64,000 nt of DNA from Octopus sinensis (taxonomy: Eukaryota): positions 192,448,001-192,512,000 of the forward strand of contig NC_042998.1 in the NCBI RefSeq assembly GCF_006345805.1, in the 5' to 3' direction. Shown in pieces: positions 1-12,526 of this stretch. A model generated the notes under the pieces. It ran no database searches. It had not been told where the DNA came from and worked only from the letters and a program-made list of their open reading frames with translations. Made by a program: the position numbers and the translations under genes. The stretch's first letter is position 1. Each line of letters opens with the position of its first letter.

Positions 1-410
1 CGGTTTTTCTCTCTCTTATTCTTTTACCTCCTATTCTCCCACTATTCTATCCTATTACTCTGTCACTCTCAGTCCCTTACTCCTCCTCTCTAGCTCACGT
101 GGCTCCCACGTGAGCATCAACCATCTTTCTTTCTCTCCGTTGTAGCTGTCCTAGTTTGATTTACGCGTTCGCCACCACAACATGTTTGTTTTCACTGTCC
201 TCTTTGTGTTACTTTTTTTGACCCTCCGCAAAATCCCAAATTTTATTTAATTTGCTTTGCGGTAGCAACTGTTTTATCGAAAGCGTATATTGTTGTTAAA
301 TGCTCGAAATACGAGACTAGAAAAACAGCCAACAACTGATGACGGGTCGTTCTTTATGTTGTTTGCTTTGTTTTCCATTTGTGGCTTTCGTTGTTTGAAA
401 TAATAGTTTA
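1..410. repeat. Interspersed pyrimidine-rich repeat fragment, related to ~7330-7590
   Basis: Shares 'tttgaccctcc..aaatcccaaa.ttt' and 'tgctcgaaat...cagcc(a/g)acaactgatga' with 7330-7590; both copies end in TA microsatellites. Confidence 0.45.
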
Positions 411-475
411 TGTTCTATATACTCGTGCTTCGTACTTTTTTGTTGTACATGTTTCATAACGTCCTGTGCCCACAT

Positions 476-479
476 ATGC

Positions 480-533
<54 letters not shown>

Positions 534-559
534 TATATATATACGTATAGATGTATATA

Positions 560-632
<73 letters not shown>

Positions 633-712
633 GTATACATGTATATATGCATATATATAATATATTATATATATAATATATATATTATTTATATCATTTA
701 TATTATCTATAC
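476..712. repeat. (TA)n microsatellite, degenerate
   Basis: Direct reading. Confidence 0.95.
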
Positions 713-721
713 ACACACACA

Positions 722-1121
722 CAGTAATCCCTTGACTATCGTGGTTGTTACGCTCCAAAAGACCCTGCGATAGGGGAAAAATCCGCGGAGTAGAAACTGT
801 ATTGTATATTCTTTTTTTTATTATTATTTTTGTAATTTGTATATATCTATTTTATGATAAATGAAAAACAACACCACACACTCACCTTCAAGTTTCGTTT
901 TCTATACAGTATGTGCGATTCTTTGTACTCATCTACGGTACACTACGTATTTTCTTTTAATATATTCTAATTAATTTTAATATATTTAATTAATATATTT
1001 AATTATACAGTGCAACCACAGAAATATTTCAAATCTAAGAATATATAAATACTTATCGGCCGCAGAAACCCGCGATATACTGAGGGCGCGATAGGTAAAC
1101 CGCGATATGGTGAATGATTAC

Positions 1122-1123
<2 letters not shown>
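722..1123. mobile_element. Tc1/pogo (Tigger-like) MITE
   Basis: Imperfect TIRs CAGTAATCCCTTGACTATCGTGG / CCGCGATATGGTGAATGATTACTG, TA at the right flank, no coding interior. Confidence 0.6.
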
Positions 1124-1194
<71 letters not shown>

Positions 1195-1250
1195 TGTGTG
1201 TGTGTGTGTGTACGTGTGCGTGCGTGCGTGCGTGTATACATATATACATA
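1124..1250. repeat. (TG)n microsatellite
   Basis: Direct reading. Confidence 0.95.
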
Positions 1251-1289
1251 CATATATGCACATTCACATTCTCGTACTTGTTTTACGCG

Positions 1290-1510
1290 TTAGGTTATGG
1301 CCATGCTGGGGTACTGCTTTGATGGGTTGAAGTCGATTAAATCTCCCTCAGACTTCACTTTAAGTCTGGCGCTTCTACTTTTGCTCTTTTCTATCCTAAA
1401 GGCTTTGGTCGATTCGAAGCTTGAGGTGAAATGCCTGTCAGTGGGATCGCTCTCGGAATAAGGCACTTGCAGATCGACCTTCTTAACCATACTGTTATCC
1501 CAGCACCCAC
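1290..1510 (-). mobile_element. Diverged SINE group B copy
   Basis: Reverse strand aligns to the group B head (atggttaagaag...gatcccactg...cgaccaaagcc) and tail (ccccagcatggcc). Confidence 0.45.
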
Positions 1511-1547
1511 TGATGCGAGCAGATGTTGTTAACTACTATATATTATC

Positions 1548-1770
1548 CGAGCTGGCAGAAACGTTAGCATGCCGGGCGAAATGCTTAGCGGTATTTTGTC
1601 TGCCGCTACATTCTGAGTTCAAATTCCGCCGAGGTCGACTTTGCCTTTCATCCTTTCGGGGTCGATAAATTAAGTACCAGTTCACTGGGATCGATGTAAT
1701 CGACTTAATCCGTTTGTCTGTCCTTGTTTGTCCCCTCTGTGTTTAGCTCCTTGTGGGTAGTAAAGAAATA
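1548..1770 (+). mobile_element. tRNA-derived SINE group A, tail type A1
   Basis: gagctggcagaa head, B-box-like gagttcaaattcc, body gcctttcatcctttcggggtcgat, tail gtgggtagtaaagaaata; many similar copies in the window. Confidence 0.9.
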
Positions 1771-1782
1771 TATATATTATAC

Positions 1783-2127
1783 GAACATCCTTAAAATCAT
1801 TATCATTAAGTTAATTATTGATTTCAAATTTTGGCACAAGGCCAACAATTTTGGGGAAGTGGGTAAGACGATTACAGTGATCAACTAGTACTTATTTTAT
1901 TGACCCCTAAAGGATGAAAGGTAAAGTTAACCTCGACAGAATTTGAACCCAGAACATCCTTAAAAATCATTATCATTAAGTTACTAATTGATTTCAAATT
2001 TTGGCACAAGGCCAACAATTTTGGGGAAGTGGGTAAGTCGATTACAGTGATCAACTAGTACTTATTTTATTGACCCCCTAAAGGATGAAAGGTAAAGTTA
2101 ACCTCGGTAGAATTTTAACTCAGAACA
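1783..2127. repeat. Tandem duplication of ~170 bp containing SINE A2 fragments
   Basis: Two near-identical units starting gaacatccttaaaa(a)tcattatc. Confidence 0.85.
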
Positions 2128-2204
2128 TAAAGGTTTAACGCCCTAGCTCACCTCCGCTCTTTGCAGCAGTGATTCGAGGCTATGTGTGTGACGTGTGATC
2201 GTCG

Positions 2205-2345
2205 CATTGACCATGACAGAGAAAGTGATCTTGGCGATACCTGTTCAGAGGCCTACACGAAGTTGCAGAAAGTGTATGGAGAGGAGTGTATGAGCGGCAC
2301 ACAAGTGTACGAGTGATTCAGACGTTTCCAAGATGACCGAAAAAA
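2205..2345 (+). pseudogene. Mariner transposase N-terminal HTH fragment
   Basis: Reads GDTCSEAYTKLQKVYGEECMSGTQVYE*FRRFQDDRK, matching the mariner 'VYG..MS..QVYEWF.RF' motif, with an in-frame stop. Confidence 0.7.
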
Positions 2346-3329
2346 ATGTCGACATAGCAGCATTTTGTCCGGGGTGCTAACAATTCTGCTAGCTTGCTGC
2401 CTTACACTAAAGCTATTTTAAAAGGTAGACTATCGACAGAGTAGCTTACCACAAACTATCATACTACAACCGTAGTGACATCCTGGAACACCTTCCAAAA
2501 TTTCTTAATTAGTGTGACGTATGTGTATACCATATAATGAAGCGGGCGAGAATTTTTTTCAATTGATAAATTTATACACGCAACAAATTTTAATTAATTA
2601 AAATTGCATCGATAACGATGAGAACAATAATTATATAAATAACTAATTACAGCAAAAGAAAACTGTATAGACAACCCCAAAATTTTAATTAATTAATACT
2701 AATTAAATATGAAATGCAGTAAAAAAAATGAGTCTGACCTTTGTAGCGTGGTGACAACTCTGGTCATGTTAAGCGTCTTGTTTGTTTCTTGGACTTTTTT
2801 GTTGAACCAAATATAGTATTCAAAATTTGCTTTTGTACTCTAGATGATGTTAGCAACTATTTAACAAAACTGCAACGATGTACTTGCTCAGAAAGTATGA
2901 CTAATATCAAGACGTCTTATACATTTAACAGGCTTCATACTTTCATACAGCACGTATTCGTTACAAACTGAGAAGGCTGAAGTGTGCTCTTTATACCTAT
3001 AAGCAAAATTTAAATCCATATTGCAAGGAATCTTTGTTGTCCTTCGCCGTCTTTATGTAGAAGTACTCAACTTCTACAGTTTCACTAACTTTTGATTCGT
3101 GCTACTATATCCCAGTTCTACAAGAACTATTATTCAGCATTGCTCTCTGACATTTTCTTCTTTGATAAATTCCATTATTTATCAATAGCGAGTTCTCTAC
3201 CATTAAAGGAAATCTTCACCTTCTCTTCTATATCTCAGTAAACGCTCTCTATTTCCCTTTCTTACTTCGGAAGCAACTACAGGTGGCACCAGCAACAGTA
3301 CCCATTCAAAATTTCCCACGTATCTTTTA

Positions 3330-3575
3330 TCTTTTACATGTTTCAGACATTGGACTCCGGCCACGATAGGGTATCAGCTTCAAGGATGTAGTCGGAAAAA
3401 TTGATCCCAGTACTACGACTTGTTCTTATTATACCGTTTTTTTTTAAAGTTTCCGTCGACCAAATCCACTCACAAAGCTTTGATCATCACGAGGCTATAG
3501 TAGAAGTCACCCGCCCAAGATGCCACGCAGTGGGACTGAACAAGAAACTGGGAAGCAAGTTTCTTTATTTCATTA
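3330..3575 (-). mobile_element. Diverged SINE group B
   Basis: accaaatccactcacaaagcttt...gccacgcagtgggactgaac match group B. Confidence 0.7.
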
Positions 3576-3959
3576 CATTTGCCATAAAGGCATAATACAG
3601 ATGGAAGCTTGCGGGCTGGACACAGACACAATAATGATGATGGAATGAAAAAAGAGATGGTTGGTGTGGGAAGCACCCAACGCCCCCCAATTGTTACTTC
3701 CCGATAACATTGTTCTTTTTTAAAAACACAAATGAGGAACAATTACAATTTGAGTTGCTGAGCCTCTTAAAAATCAAAAACGTTCAGCAAATATATTGAA
3801 CTTCAGGCGCTTAGCCTCTTACCAAAATCACCAAGTTCGAATCGAGGCACTTAGACCTCTTACTCTACCTCCCCGAGGCCAATCTGGGCTTTCAATGCAG
3901 GTCAGGATCTCCTGTTCCCGACCTTCCAGATTCTTCACAAAGTTCTCTACGGCTCCTCA

Positions 3960-4415
3960 CTTATGAAAGCAGATCACAAATGCCTCATTTATTATACTAG
4001 GAGAGGCCACAGTTTCCTCCGTCGGTGGCGCAAAAATTCCCACCGACGAGATTTCGTGACATGCCGGCAGTTTCCCATTCTTTTTCTTTTTTTCTTGTCT
4101 TTGATACGGGAGGGAGTGGTTCCTCTGCTTTAACCAGAGTATCATCCCTCCGTCCCGCAGCTTTAGGGTCCTTCGGTGAGCAACTATTGTTGCCCACCTT
4201 CTTCCTTTTTTCGTGGAGGTCTCTACCTCCTCGACGAACTCCATCTCTCTCGGGAGGGGGTGGGGGGCTCTTCCACAACCAACTGTTCTAGAACCCTACT
4301 CTGGTCCTGGAGACAGTTCTTTTTAATGTGGTCCGGTTCCATGCACAAGTAACACTTCGGGGTGGAGCGTCCCTCAAGTATCACCAAGTACCTGCAACCG
4401 GCCATTTTCAAAAAA
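3960..4415 (-). pseudogene. Gag-like ORF1 remnant with a CCHC zinc knuckle (probably from a non-LTR retroelement)
   Basis: YLVILEGRSTPKCYLCMEPDHIKKNC = CX2CX4HX4C, followed by a K/E/R-rich region; frameshifted. Confidence 0.6.
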
Positions 4416-4473
4416 TCTGGGAAAACCAGATTCTTGGCTGTGATGTTTTTGAAGCTTTAATAAATAAGTGTGT

Positions 4474-4545
<72 letters not shown>

Positions 4546-4584
4546 TGTGTGTGTGTGTGTGTGTTGTGGTTCTGCAAATGACAC

Positions 4585-5230
4585 CGATAGAATATGATTT
4601 AGATAATAATTGTTTTCATCAAGAAGTGTGAAATCTTCATCGAAATATTTCTTAGCTGGCAACATTATATATGGCAACATTATATACGGTAGCACTTGCA
4701 TTACTATTATGTTCTTATACGGTAGATATCACTTGGGGTGCAGTCTCCTGTCATTCTGGTATACGTGTCACTCATCTGTATTCATATATACAGGCAAAAA
4801 CAAATTTAGGGTTGGCCCGTGTTTAACCATCAACAATTCTTTGTTTTCTTTTTTTCTATCTGCCACAAAGATAGCCACCCAAATATATAATGGTTTTATA
4901 TATAGGTACAGTAAGAGTGAGCCTCTAAATGGTTGCACTACTGCTAGAAAAAGAAGTCAAATTTTCCTCAACTCAGACCTTCCGTCTTGAAAATGGGAAG
5001 AGCAGAATGTATAACGTATTCTTTTATATCTTCAAAAAAAACATGGTTGTTCTGACTGGGATACCTTTGGTTATGTCTCTGCTCGATTAAGATTAATGTG
5101 GGTCTGAAAGAAGTAACAATGGGTGATAGAGAATTTATGCTCAGTAAGACGATGAATTTCGTAATCTCTCTATATATAAAGCTGAAGTTGTCTGTGTGTG
5201 GCATATAATCCTCTACTTCTCGGAGGAGAC
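4585..5230 (-). pseudogene. Highly decayed Penelope-like GIY-YIG/3' region
   Basis: Frameshifted pieces GLY...QLYI*...RLTEHKFSI and LRKI*LLF...QPF resemble a PLE endonuclease; 4585-4735 recurs at 13190-13330. Confidence 0.3.
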
Positions 5231-5479
5231 TGTGTATTTCTCTAGATTAATCTCTTCTTTGTAGGTCTAGGATAACATTATTCAATGTAAAATTCGTTGT
5301 TTTCACCTTCTACGATGAGTTCCGGAAAGAATATTTACATGTTTATTCCTAACGTATCTAAGCAGGTTCAGACGCAAAATATGCTGGGCACTAAATGTAT
5401 GTCTTCGATAATGCTCGAATACCGAATGTAGAGAAATATGCTTTCTTGTTAGAGCTGCAAAAAACATCTTTTATCACAA

Positions 5480-5516
5480 CTGTCCGATGAGCGGACACGT
5501 GAAACTTGAGTAATGG
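5480..5516 (+). ncRNA. Type I hammerhead ribozyme motif with a core variant
   Basis: CTGT CCGATGA GCG gaca CGT GAAAC ttga GTA ATGG; the core has C in place of U4. Confidence 0.55.
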
Positions 5517-5555
5517 CTCTATGATTTTTTTGAAGCTTTAATAAATAGTGTGTGT

Positions 5556-5587
<32 letters not shown>

Positions 5588-5989
5588 ATCTGTGTGTGTG
5601 TGTGTACATTAGTGTTCAACATATTCGTCGCGTTGATCTTGTTTCAAACGTATGAAAGTAGTTTTCCCAAGCTGACATATATATCATGGTACACAAAACA
5701 AACATGAAGATAAAGTAAAAGAAAAAAAGTGCATTAGTTTTACGCTCAGGAAAATTAGGTTTAAACGTTTCACGCATATAGTCTACAACAACAGAAAGCG
5801 TAGGCGAGGAGAGAAAGAAAATCGAGAAATAAGAATAAACGGATCTCAATTAGACGGTCATCTAACGCTGAAATGACCGGAAGTGGAAGGAGTTGGCTAG
5901 TGACGTGGATGGCAATGGAAACAGCAGTGGCCTGACACATGTATGCGTGCATGAAGCAAATACAACCGCACATACACACTCACATCCAT

Positions 5990-6340
5990 GTATGTATGTA
6001 TGTATGTATGTATGTATGTATGCATGCATGCATGCATGCTTGCATGCATGTATGTATGCATGCATGTATTTATTATGTGTATGTATGTATGTGTGTATTA
6101 TGAGTGTGTGTATGTATGCATGCATGTATGCATGTATGCATGTATGTATGTATGTATAAATGTGTGTGTATGTATGCATGTATGTATGTAGGTGTATGTA
6201 TGTGTGTGTACGTATGAATGCATGTATGTATGTATATATGTATGTATGTGTGTATGTATGTATGTATGTATGTATGTATGTATGTATGTATGTATGTATG
6301 TATGTATGTATGTATGTACGTATGTATGCATGTGTGTATG
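5990..6340. repeat. (TATG)n/(TGCA)n microsatellite
   Basis: Direct reading. Confidence 0.95.
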
Positions 6341-6830
6341 TATTCCATAGGCCCCTCTTCGAGCTTTCAGCCAATGCACTTTTCTTCTCTGAACAAAACA
6401 GAAACAAAATTACATTCTCAGAATCCGGTTTACTCGATTTTAAGCAAATTTATTATTTCTGTCAGAGAACTTCATTAGTTCTCTTAGTTCACGTAATTTT
6501 CTAAGATGATTCTCCCGATTCTTTCATTAACCATTTACCATTTATGTATAATAATGAATTTACCTTTTCTTTGTCTTCTTTGGCGAATCCTTGTAGCATT
6601 CCAATAACACCTGGTTGATATATTTTCGTAATTGGATATTTTTCCTTCAGCGTCTTTTCATTCTAAATTATTTAACATGGCAAATAATTGAATAATGAAA
6701 ATATATTTTTTATATTATTTTGTGTGTGTGTATGTGTGCACAACGGATTTTATTTTGTTTAGAAGAGGATTTAATAATTGTGTTTTATCTTTTTATATTT
6801 TTTACTCGTATATATTACATATATATATAT

Positions 6831-6870
<40 letters not shown>

Positions 6871-6871
6871 C

Positions 6872-6931
<60 letters not shown>

Positions 6932-7598
6932 CATACATACATATATATATATACATATATATATATGCATATATATATTATTTATGTTATTATTTGATTG
7001 AACACCACGCATCCATTTTCAAGTAAGATTTTTTTAACCTTTTTGATGCGACTCTACTTTCTACTGTTTTCTCCCCCCATCGTTTTCTCTCTCATCCTTT
7101 CTCTAATTCCTTTTTTCTCCTCTTCACTGTTTTCTATCTGTCTCTGTCTCTATCCCACTCCTTCTCCTTTTTTTTCTCCCTCGTTGCTCACACGGGATCA
7201 TCGTCCATCTTTCTTTTCCGCACGTGATCATCTTTCTTTTCTTTCGGGACTGTCCTAAGGACTGGGCGTATCCTATCTCTTCTCTTCTATCTTTTCTCTT
7301 ATCAAAGAAAATGTTTCTCCAGCGTTCGCTATTTTATCCTCGTTCTGGTCTAAGGACCCTCTATGTTTGTTTTCGATTTATTTCCATGAATGTCTCCACT
7401 ATCCTGTTTTTGTTCCCAACTTTGACCCTCCATAAATCCCAAACTTTATTTTGGTACTTATGGGAGCAACTATCTTCGTAGACTCATATTGTCGTTCACT
7501 GCTCGAAATGAGTAGTTAGACAGCCGACAACTGATGAAGAATCGTTCTTTATATTACTTGTCCAGTTTTCCATTTGTTTCTCTCGTTGTTTGCGTATG

Positions 7599-7631
<33 letters not shown>

Positions 7632-7649
7632 ATGCATATATATATATAT

Positions 7650-7683
<34 letters not shown>

Positions 7684-7830
7684 TATTTATATTATATATA
7701 TAATATATATATATATATTATTTATATTATATTATATATATAATATATATATATTCAAAATGTGACCGCGTGTGTACCGTTGGCGATTTTTTCCACCCTC
7801 TTCCCTTCCTTGGATCTTTCCTTTTCCTAT

Positions 7831-7865
7831 GTTTCTGACGAAGAGCTCCGCTTGAAACGTTAAAT
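7831..7865 (+). ncRNA. Minimal hammerhead motif within a TA-flanked element (~7770-7970)
   Basis: ttt CTGACGA A GAGC tcc GCTT GAAAC GTT aaa. Confidence 0.6.
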
Positions 7866-7970
7866 CCTCCTTCTTTCTTTCCTTTCCTGAGCGTTCAATA
7901 ACACTATACTTATTCCACGTCCTCGCGTTGTTGCGTTTTCTCTGTGTGTTTTCATGTTTGGATTAACTTG

Positions 7971-8017
<47 letters not shown>

Positions 8018-8680
8018 ATTGATCACAAAAAGATGAAGAGTCGTAGGAATGACTTCGACTGGTTGAAGTAAGCACTACTCGGAACTCTTCTCAGGGAAAG
8101 CAGGAGTGATACATACACTCATTTGATATTTTCGATATCCGATTCGCCTGCAATTTTCACATATATTTTTCGTTGATGGTTGCAGGCAAAGGAAATCTAA
8201 TTTGATATCTGACCTAGATATATTCTTGCATTCTATATTCCATATTTCGTATCACTTTTAGAAATGGAATTGTAAATGTAAGCTATAAAGAAATAAGTGA
8301 TATAGCTATCGTTTATACATATGTGTGTATGTGTGTGTGCATATAAGTGTATGTATGTGTGTATGTTCGTGTGCGCACATGTAGTGGGGGTGTTTGCGTG
8401 TTTACTGAAATGCAAGGCGTACGTGTTTAGATAAATTTATCATTTTAGCTTCCCTTTGAAAGAAAACCATTTCTGGACAGAAAATTGGAATCTCACCAGT
8501 TTCTAATCTTGTTATAACTTCAACAGAGAAAAATTACCCGCATTTTGTTCAGATTATCGCAATACACTATGCAATTAATTAATCTACATTGTTGGCATGC
8601 GCACTGTTATGCAAATTAGGCAGATCATGTTGATTATGTTTGTATATATTAGAAATTGCTATTTCATTTTTGGCTTTAAA

Positions 8681-8911
8681 GGCGGCGAGCTGGCAGAAAC
8701 GTTAGCACGCCGGGCGAAATGCGTAGCCGTATCTCGTCTGCCGTTACCTTCTAAGTTCAAATTCCACCGAGGTCGATTTTGCCTTTCATCCTTTCGGGGT
8801 CGATAAATTAAGTACCAGTTACGCACTGGGGTCGATATAATCGACTTAATCCGTTTGTTTGTCCTTGTTTGTCCCCTCTGTGTTTAGCCCCATGTGGGTA
8901 GTAGAGAAATA
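8681..8911 (+). mobile_element. SINE group A (A1)
   Basis: Full head-to-tail match. Confidence 0.9.
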
Positions 8912-9955
8912 TATTTCGTTTTTGGCGTTTGTTTGCAAGATTCTTTACGTGAGTTCGTGTGTTGAAGCATATTCTGTTGTGTTTGGGGAGAGTCATTCTC
9001 TTTTTGTGCCTTATAATGTAACACACTCACCGGTAAAATTTCCGCTCATTTATTTATCTACTTTTCTAAGATTTTCGTTGCGTCTCGCACCCTTTTCAAT
9101 AGTTGTTGACTCTGTCCGTTATTCAAGCTGCGTTCTTTTTCTTTGTTTGTGCGCATGTGTGTAAGTCAGCGTGTGTGCGCATACACATGTATGTATGTAT
9201 GCATGTATCTATGCATGCATGTATCTATGCATGCATTTAAGTGTGTGTATGCATGTATATATGTGTGTGTGCGCTTATGTATATATGTTTGTGTGTTTCC
9301 ATGTGTGTGTGCCTTTTTCTCCTTATATGTGCATGTCTGAGTGTGTGTGTGCATGTGGTCATGTGTATGTGAATATACATATACACATACACACACATAT
9401 ACATTCACCTATCTGCATAACAGCCCACTAACTATTCTACCTGTATATAAATGTAAATATAAACTGTAGGTATGGGGTTGTGATTATCTACTACGTATAT
9501 TTCCTATTTAGTACTGGGGATGTTTCATTTATGATGACGTACTCCTGTATCTGTCATGAGCATATAAACACACACACACTTCATTCCACACAAGGACACA
9601 TATGGAGACACACGTTCACACATATGCAGATACACATTCATGCATACAGACACAGTACATAGTCACAAAAACCCATACATACACACACGCAGAAACACTC
9701 AGACATACACACACAAGGCGACAGAGTTGCACACACAAACACACACATACATAAAAACACACAAACACTTGAATATGCAGAATACATACATACAACCGTA
9801 CACACAAACATATATACATACGCGCACACACACACATACATGCATACACACACTTCCATGCATGCATTCATACATACATACATACATACATACATACATA
9901 CATACATACATACATACATACATACATACATACATACATACATACATACACACAT

Positions 9956-10125
9956 AGGGAGAGTTTACGAAAAAAACAAAAGACGAAGACAGGTGGTGTA
10001 CAAAACAAACAGATGTATTAGTATATCGCTCAGGAATAGAAAAAGTATTTTACGTTTCGAGCCTACGCTCTTCTACAGAAAGGGACACAGAAAAAAAACA
10101 AGGAGAGAAACGAGGAGAGAAAAAA
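9956..10125 (-). mobile_element. Short element with a hammerhead-like motif (10048-10082), same family as 57640-57782
   Basis: Reverse strand: ttt CTGTAGA A GAGC gtag GCTC GAAAC GTA aaa; downstream sequence matches 57690-57782. Confidence 0.6.
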
Positions 10126-10645
10126 ATGTGTGTTGTGGCTAGTGCATACATACATATGTATGCGCACACACACTGACTCACACACATGCGCACAAACAAG
10201 CAAAAAGAGCGCAGCTTGAAAAACGGACAGAGTCAGCAACTTATTGAAAAGGTTGCAAGACGCAACGAAACTTTTACAAAAATAAATAAGTAAATGAGTG
10301 GAAATTTTACCTGTGATTATGCTAAATTATAAGGCACTAAAACAGAATGACTTTCCCCAGACACAACAGGATATGCTATAATCTATTTTTATGGAAAGAA
10401 TTTGGGTAGTGTTTCTCTGAAGATTTAACAAGACTAGAAACTAATTAGATCAGCCCCTCTTTCGAAGCACGGAGAAATAAAACCTAAAATATAACTACTT
10501 TTATATTTTCACATCGACATTATTTTGCGTTTATTAAAAAAAGGTATAATGATGTTTTAAATTAGTTATACAAGCTATTAAATGTACAATAAATATGATT
10601 TTGTCTATGCATGTGGACACACACACACACACCACACACACACAT

Positions 10646-10700
<55 letters not shown>

Positions 10701-10707
10701 TGTAAAT

Positions 10708-10922
10708 ATAGTATTAGGTATCGAATTATGATAAAGTTATTTAGGGGGCTGATGATTGGGGTTACATTTTAAGAAAGATTCCTGTAAAACACTGCGTGCT
10801 TAAGGAATGGTAAAAGAACCCCAAGAAACACGTGTAGCTGAGAAATGAGTAGTAAGTATTAAATTAAATTAAAATTCTTTTATATGGTGTGATGAAGGGG
10901 ACTACTATCTCTAAATAACATA
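10708..10922 (+). mobile_element. ~215-bp TA-flanked element carrying a long-loop hammerhead motif
   Basis: CTGATGA 10749-10755, TTGGGG/CCCCAA stem II, GAAAC ACGT GTA 10825-10836; two more copies at 42829-43250. Confidence 0.7.
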
Positions 10923-11091
10923 CATACATATATATGTTTATATATGTATGTATGTATTTATGTATGCATGTATGTATGTATGCATACATGCATGCATGCA
11001 TGTATGTATGTATGTATGTATGTATGTATGTATGTATGTATGTATGTATGTATTTATATATGTATGTATGTAATGCACATAAAAATATTAG

Positions 11092-11229
11092 CCTATGTGC
11101 AAAGCCCAGATGAAGAACCTGCATTAACTGCCTTTGCCCATTCCACTAGCTTTGACTTAATCGCCGCAGGATTTGATACAATAAAAAGTGTTGTTGCTGA
11201 ACAACTGATACAAAGAATTTATTTTGTTA
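11092..11229 (+). CDS. Candidate internal exon (phase 1-1), unknown protein
   Basis: 138-nt open frame AYVQSPDEEPALTAFAHSTSFDLIAAGFDTIKSVVAEQLIQRIYFV between AG and GTAAGT; the acceptor is weak. Confidence 0.25.
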
Positions 11230-12526
11230 GTAAGTTTGCATAAAAACCTTCGCCACTCTTTCTTCCTAATTGTATAACCTGGATTTCTGCCGATTGCATT
11301 ATGTAGCACGAAAGATGCATGTTATGGCTAATGAGATGAGGAACCCAAACAGATCAATGCTAATATCCCTTACGATCGCATTCTGCATTATATGAGAAAC
11401 TCCCTTGTCACATATTGCCACATTGCTGAAGATTGTCTAATAATACCAAACATACACCAAAGTGAATAGCAGATACAAACCGAAAATACATGAATTAGCA
11501 TATCTAACCGCAATGTGACGCATCACGCCACCTGCTGCTATGGTTAAGATTTCAGAAAAATCTTTTCTCGGCTTTGGAAGCGTAGGGTATAGAAAACAAC
11601 TTCCTAAGTGTTACTCATCTGGAAATCTTCCAATGAAATGCTCACCACTCACCAACCCTCTGTGCGTACGCATGTGTTTGTATATGTATGTGTGTGTGTA
11701 TGCATGTGTGCATCCCTTTATTTTCTGAATGCATGCGCGCGCATGCGTACGAGCGAGCGAGCGAATAACAGATGACACACAGAGTTCCAATATTACGTGT
11801 ATTGTGTTAATGTGTATTGTGTTGATGTGGAAACGTGTGACATAATCGAATATTATTAGTCCATGATTCAACATCACATGTTTTCTATAAATAGGATTTC
11901 TTTCAAAGCCGATACTAGAGAAGAAAACATTTATTATATAATTATTTCTCAACACTAGGTGCCTTTTGTTTGTAGCAAAAATAAAAATTGAAGTGCAGAA
12001 TAACCACGTTTCATATCAAACACAGCAATTTTCTTTTATATATTATGCGTTGGTGGCAGAGTCTCTCTTTATTTTTTTTTTTTTCGTTTTTTAGTTTTTA
12101 TAGTAGGCGGTGGTGGCAGAGTTTCTTTATTGTTTTATCAGAAGACAGCCAGTTGTCTCCATGATACTTTATATGTCTCCAAGGGTGGTGGAAGATGGAC
12201 GGAAGTTATACTCATATCTTGATACTGTTTAAATATTTGTAATAGAGCGTTTCTCCCAAGAGTGTTCCCGCGGGTCACGTTATGGTGTTAAAACCAGGCA
12301 ACCAGATATCGGATTAAATCTACCGCCCAAGAATAAATATGATCTCATCAGACAAGATTCCATACAATTTCCGCCACAAAACTTTGATCTACCCAACGCT
12401 ATGTAATGTTTGTTGAGCAGCCTCAGGTCAGCATTGGTCAACAGAGAAAGGTGCCCCAGCTGCGATGATGCCATATATTTTTTCCACCATATTAAATCAA
12501 GGCTTAAATAATCAGTCATATCCTTC

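Noticed and set aside
300-345. GAAA...CTGATGA in the repeat at 300-345 and 7500-7540
   Set aside because: Could not build stems I-III in any hammerhead topology
8030-8070. Other partial HHR-like strings (8030, 10411, 39420, 47715, 55560, 63377)
   Set aside because: Each lacks half the core or the cleavage triplet; possible remnants but not supportable
11320-11360. WVPHL on the minus strand resembling the mariner WVPHEL motif
   Set aside because: Isolated pentapeptide with no flanking transposase similarity or TIR
12250-12520. Open frames on both strands here and at 21444-21638 and 22212-22445
   Set aside because: Mirror-frame ORFs with no recognisable motif; the coding strand could not be decided
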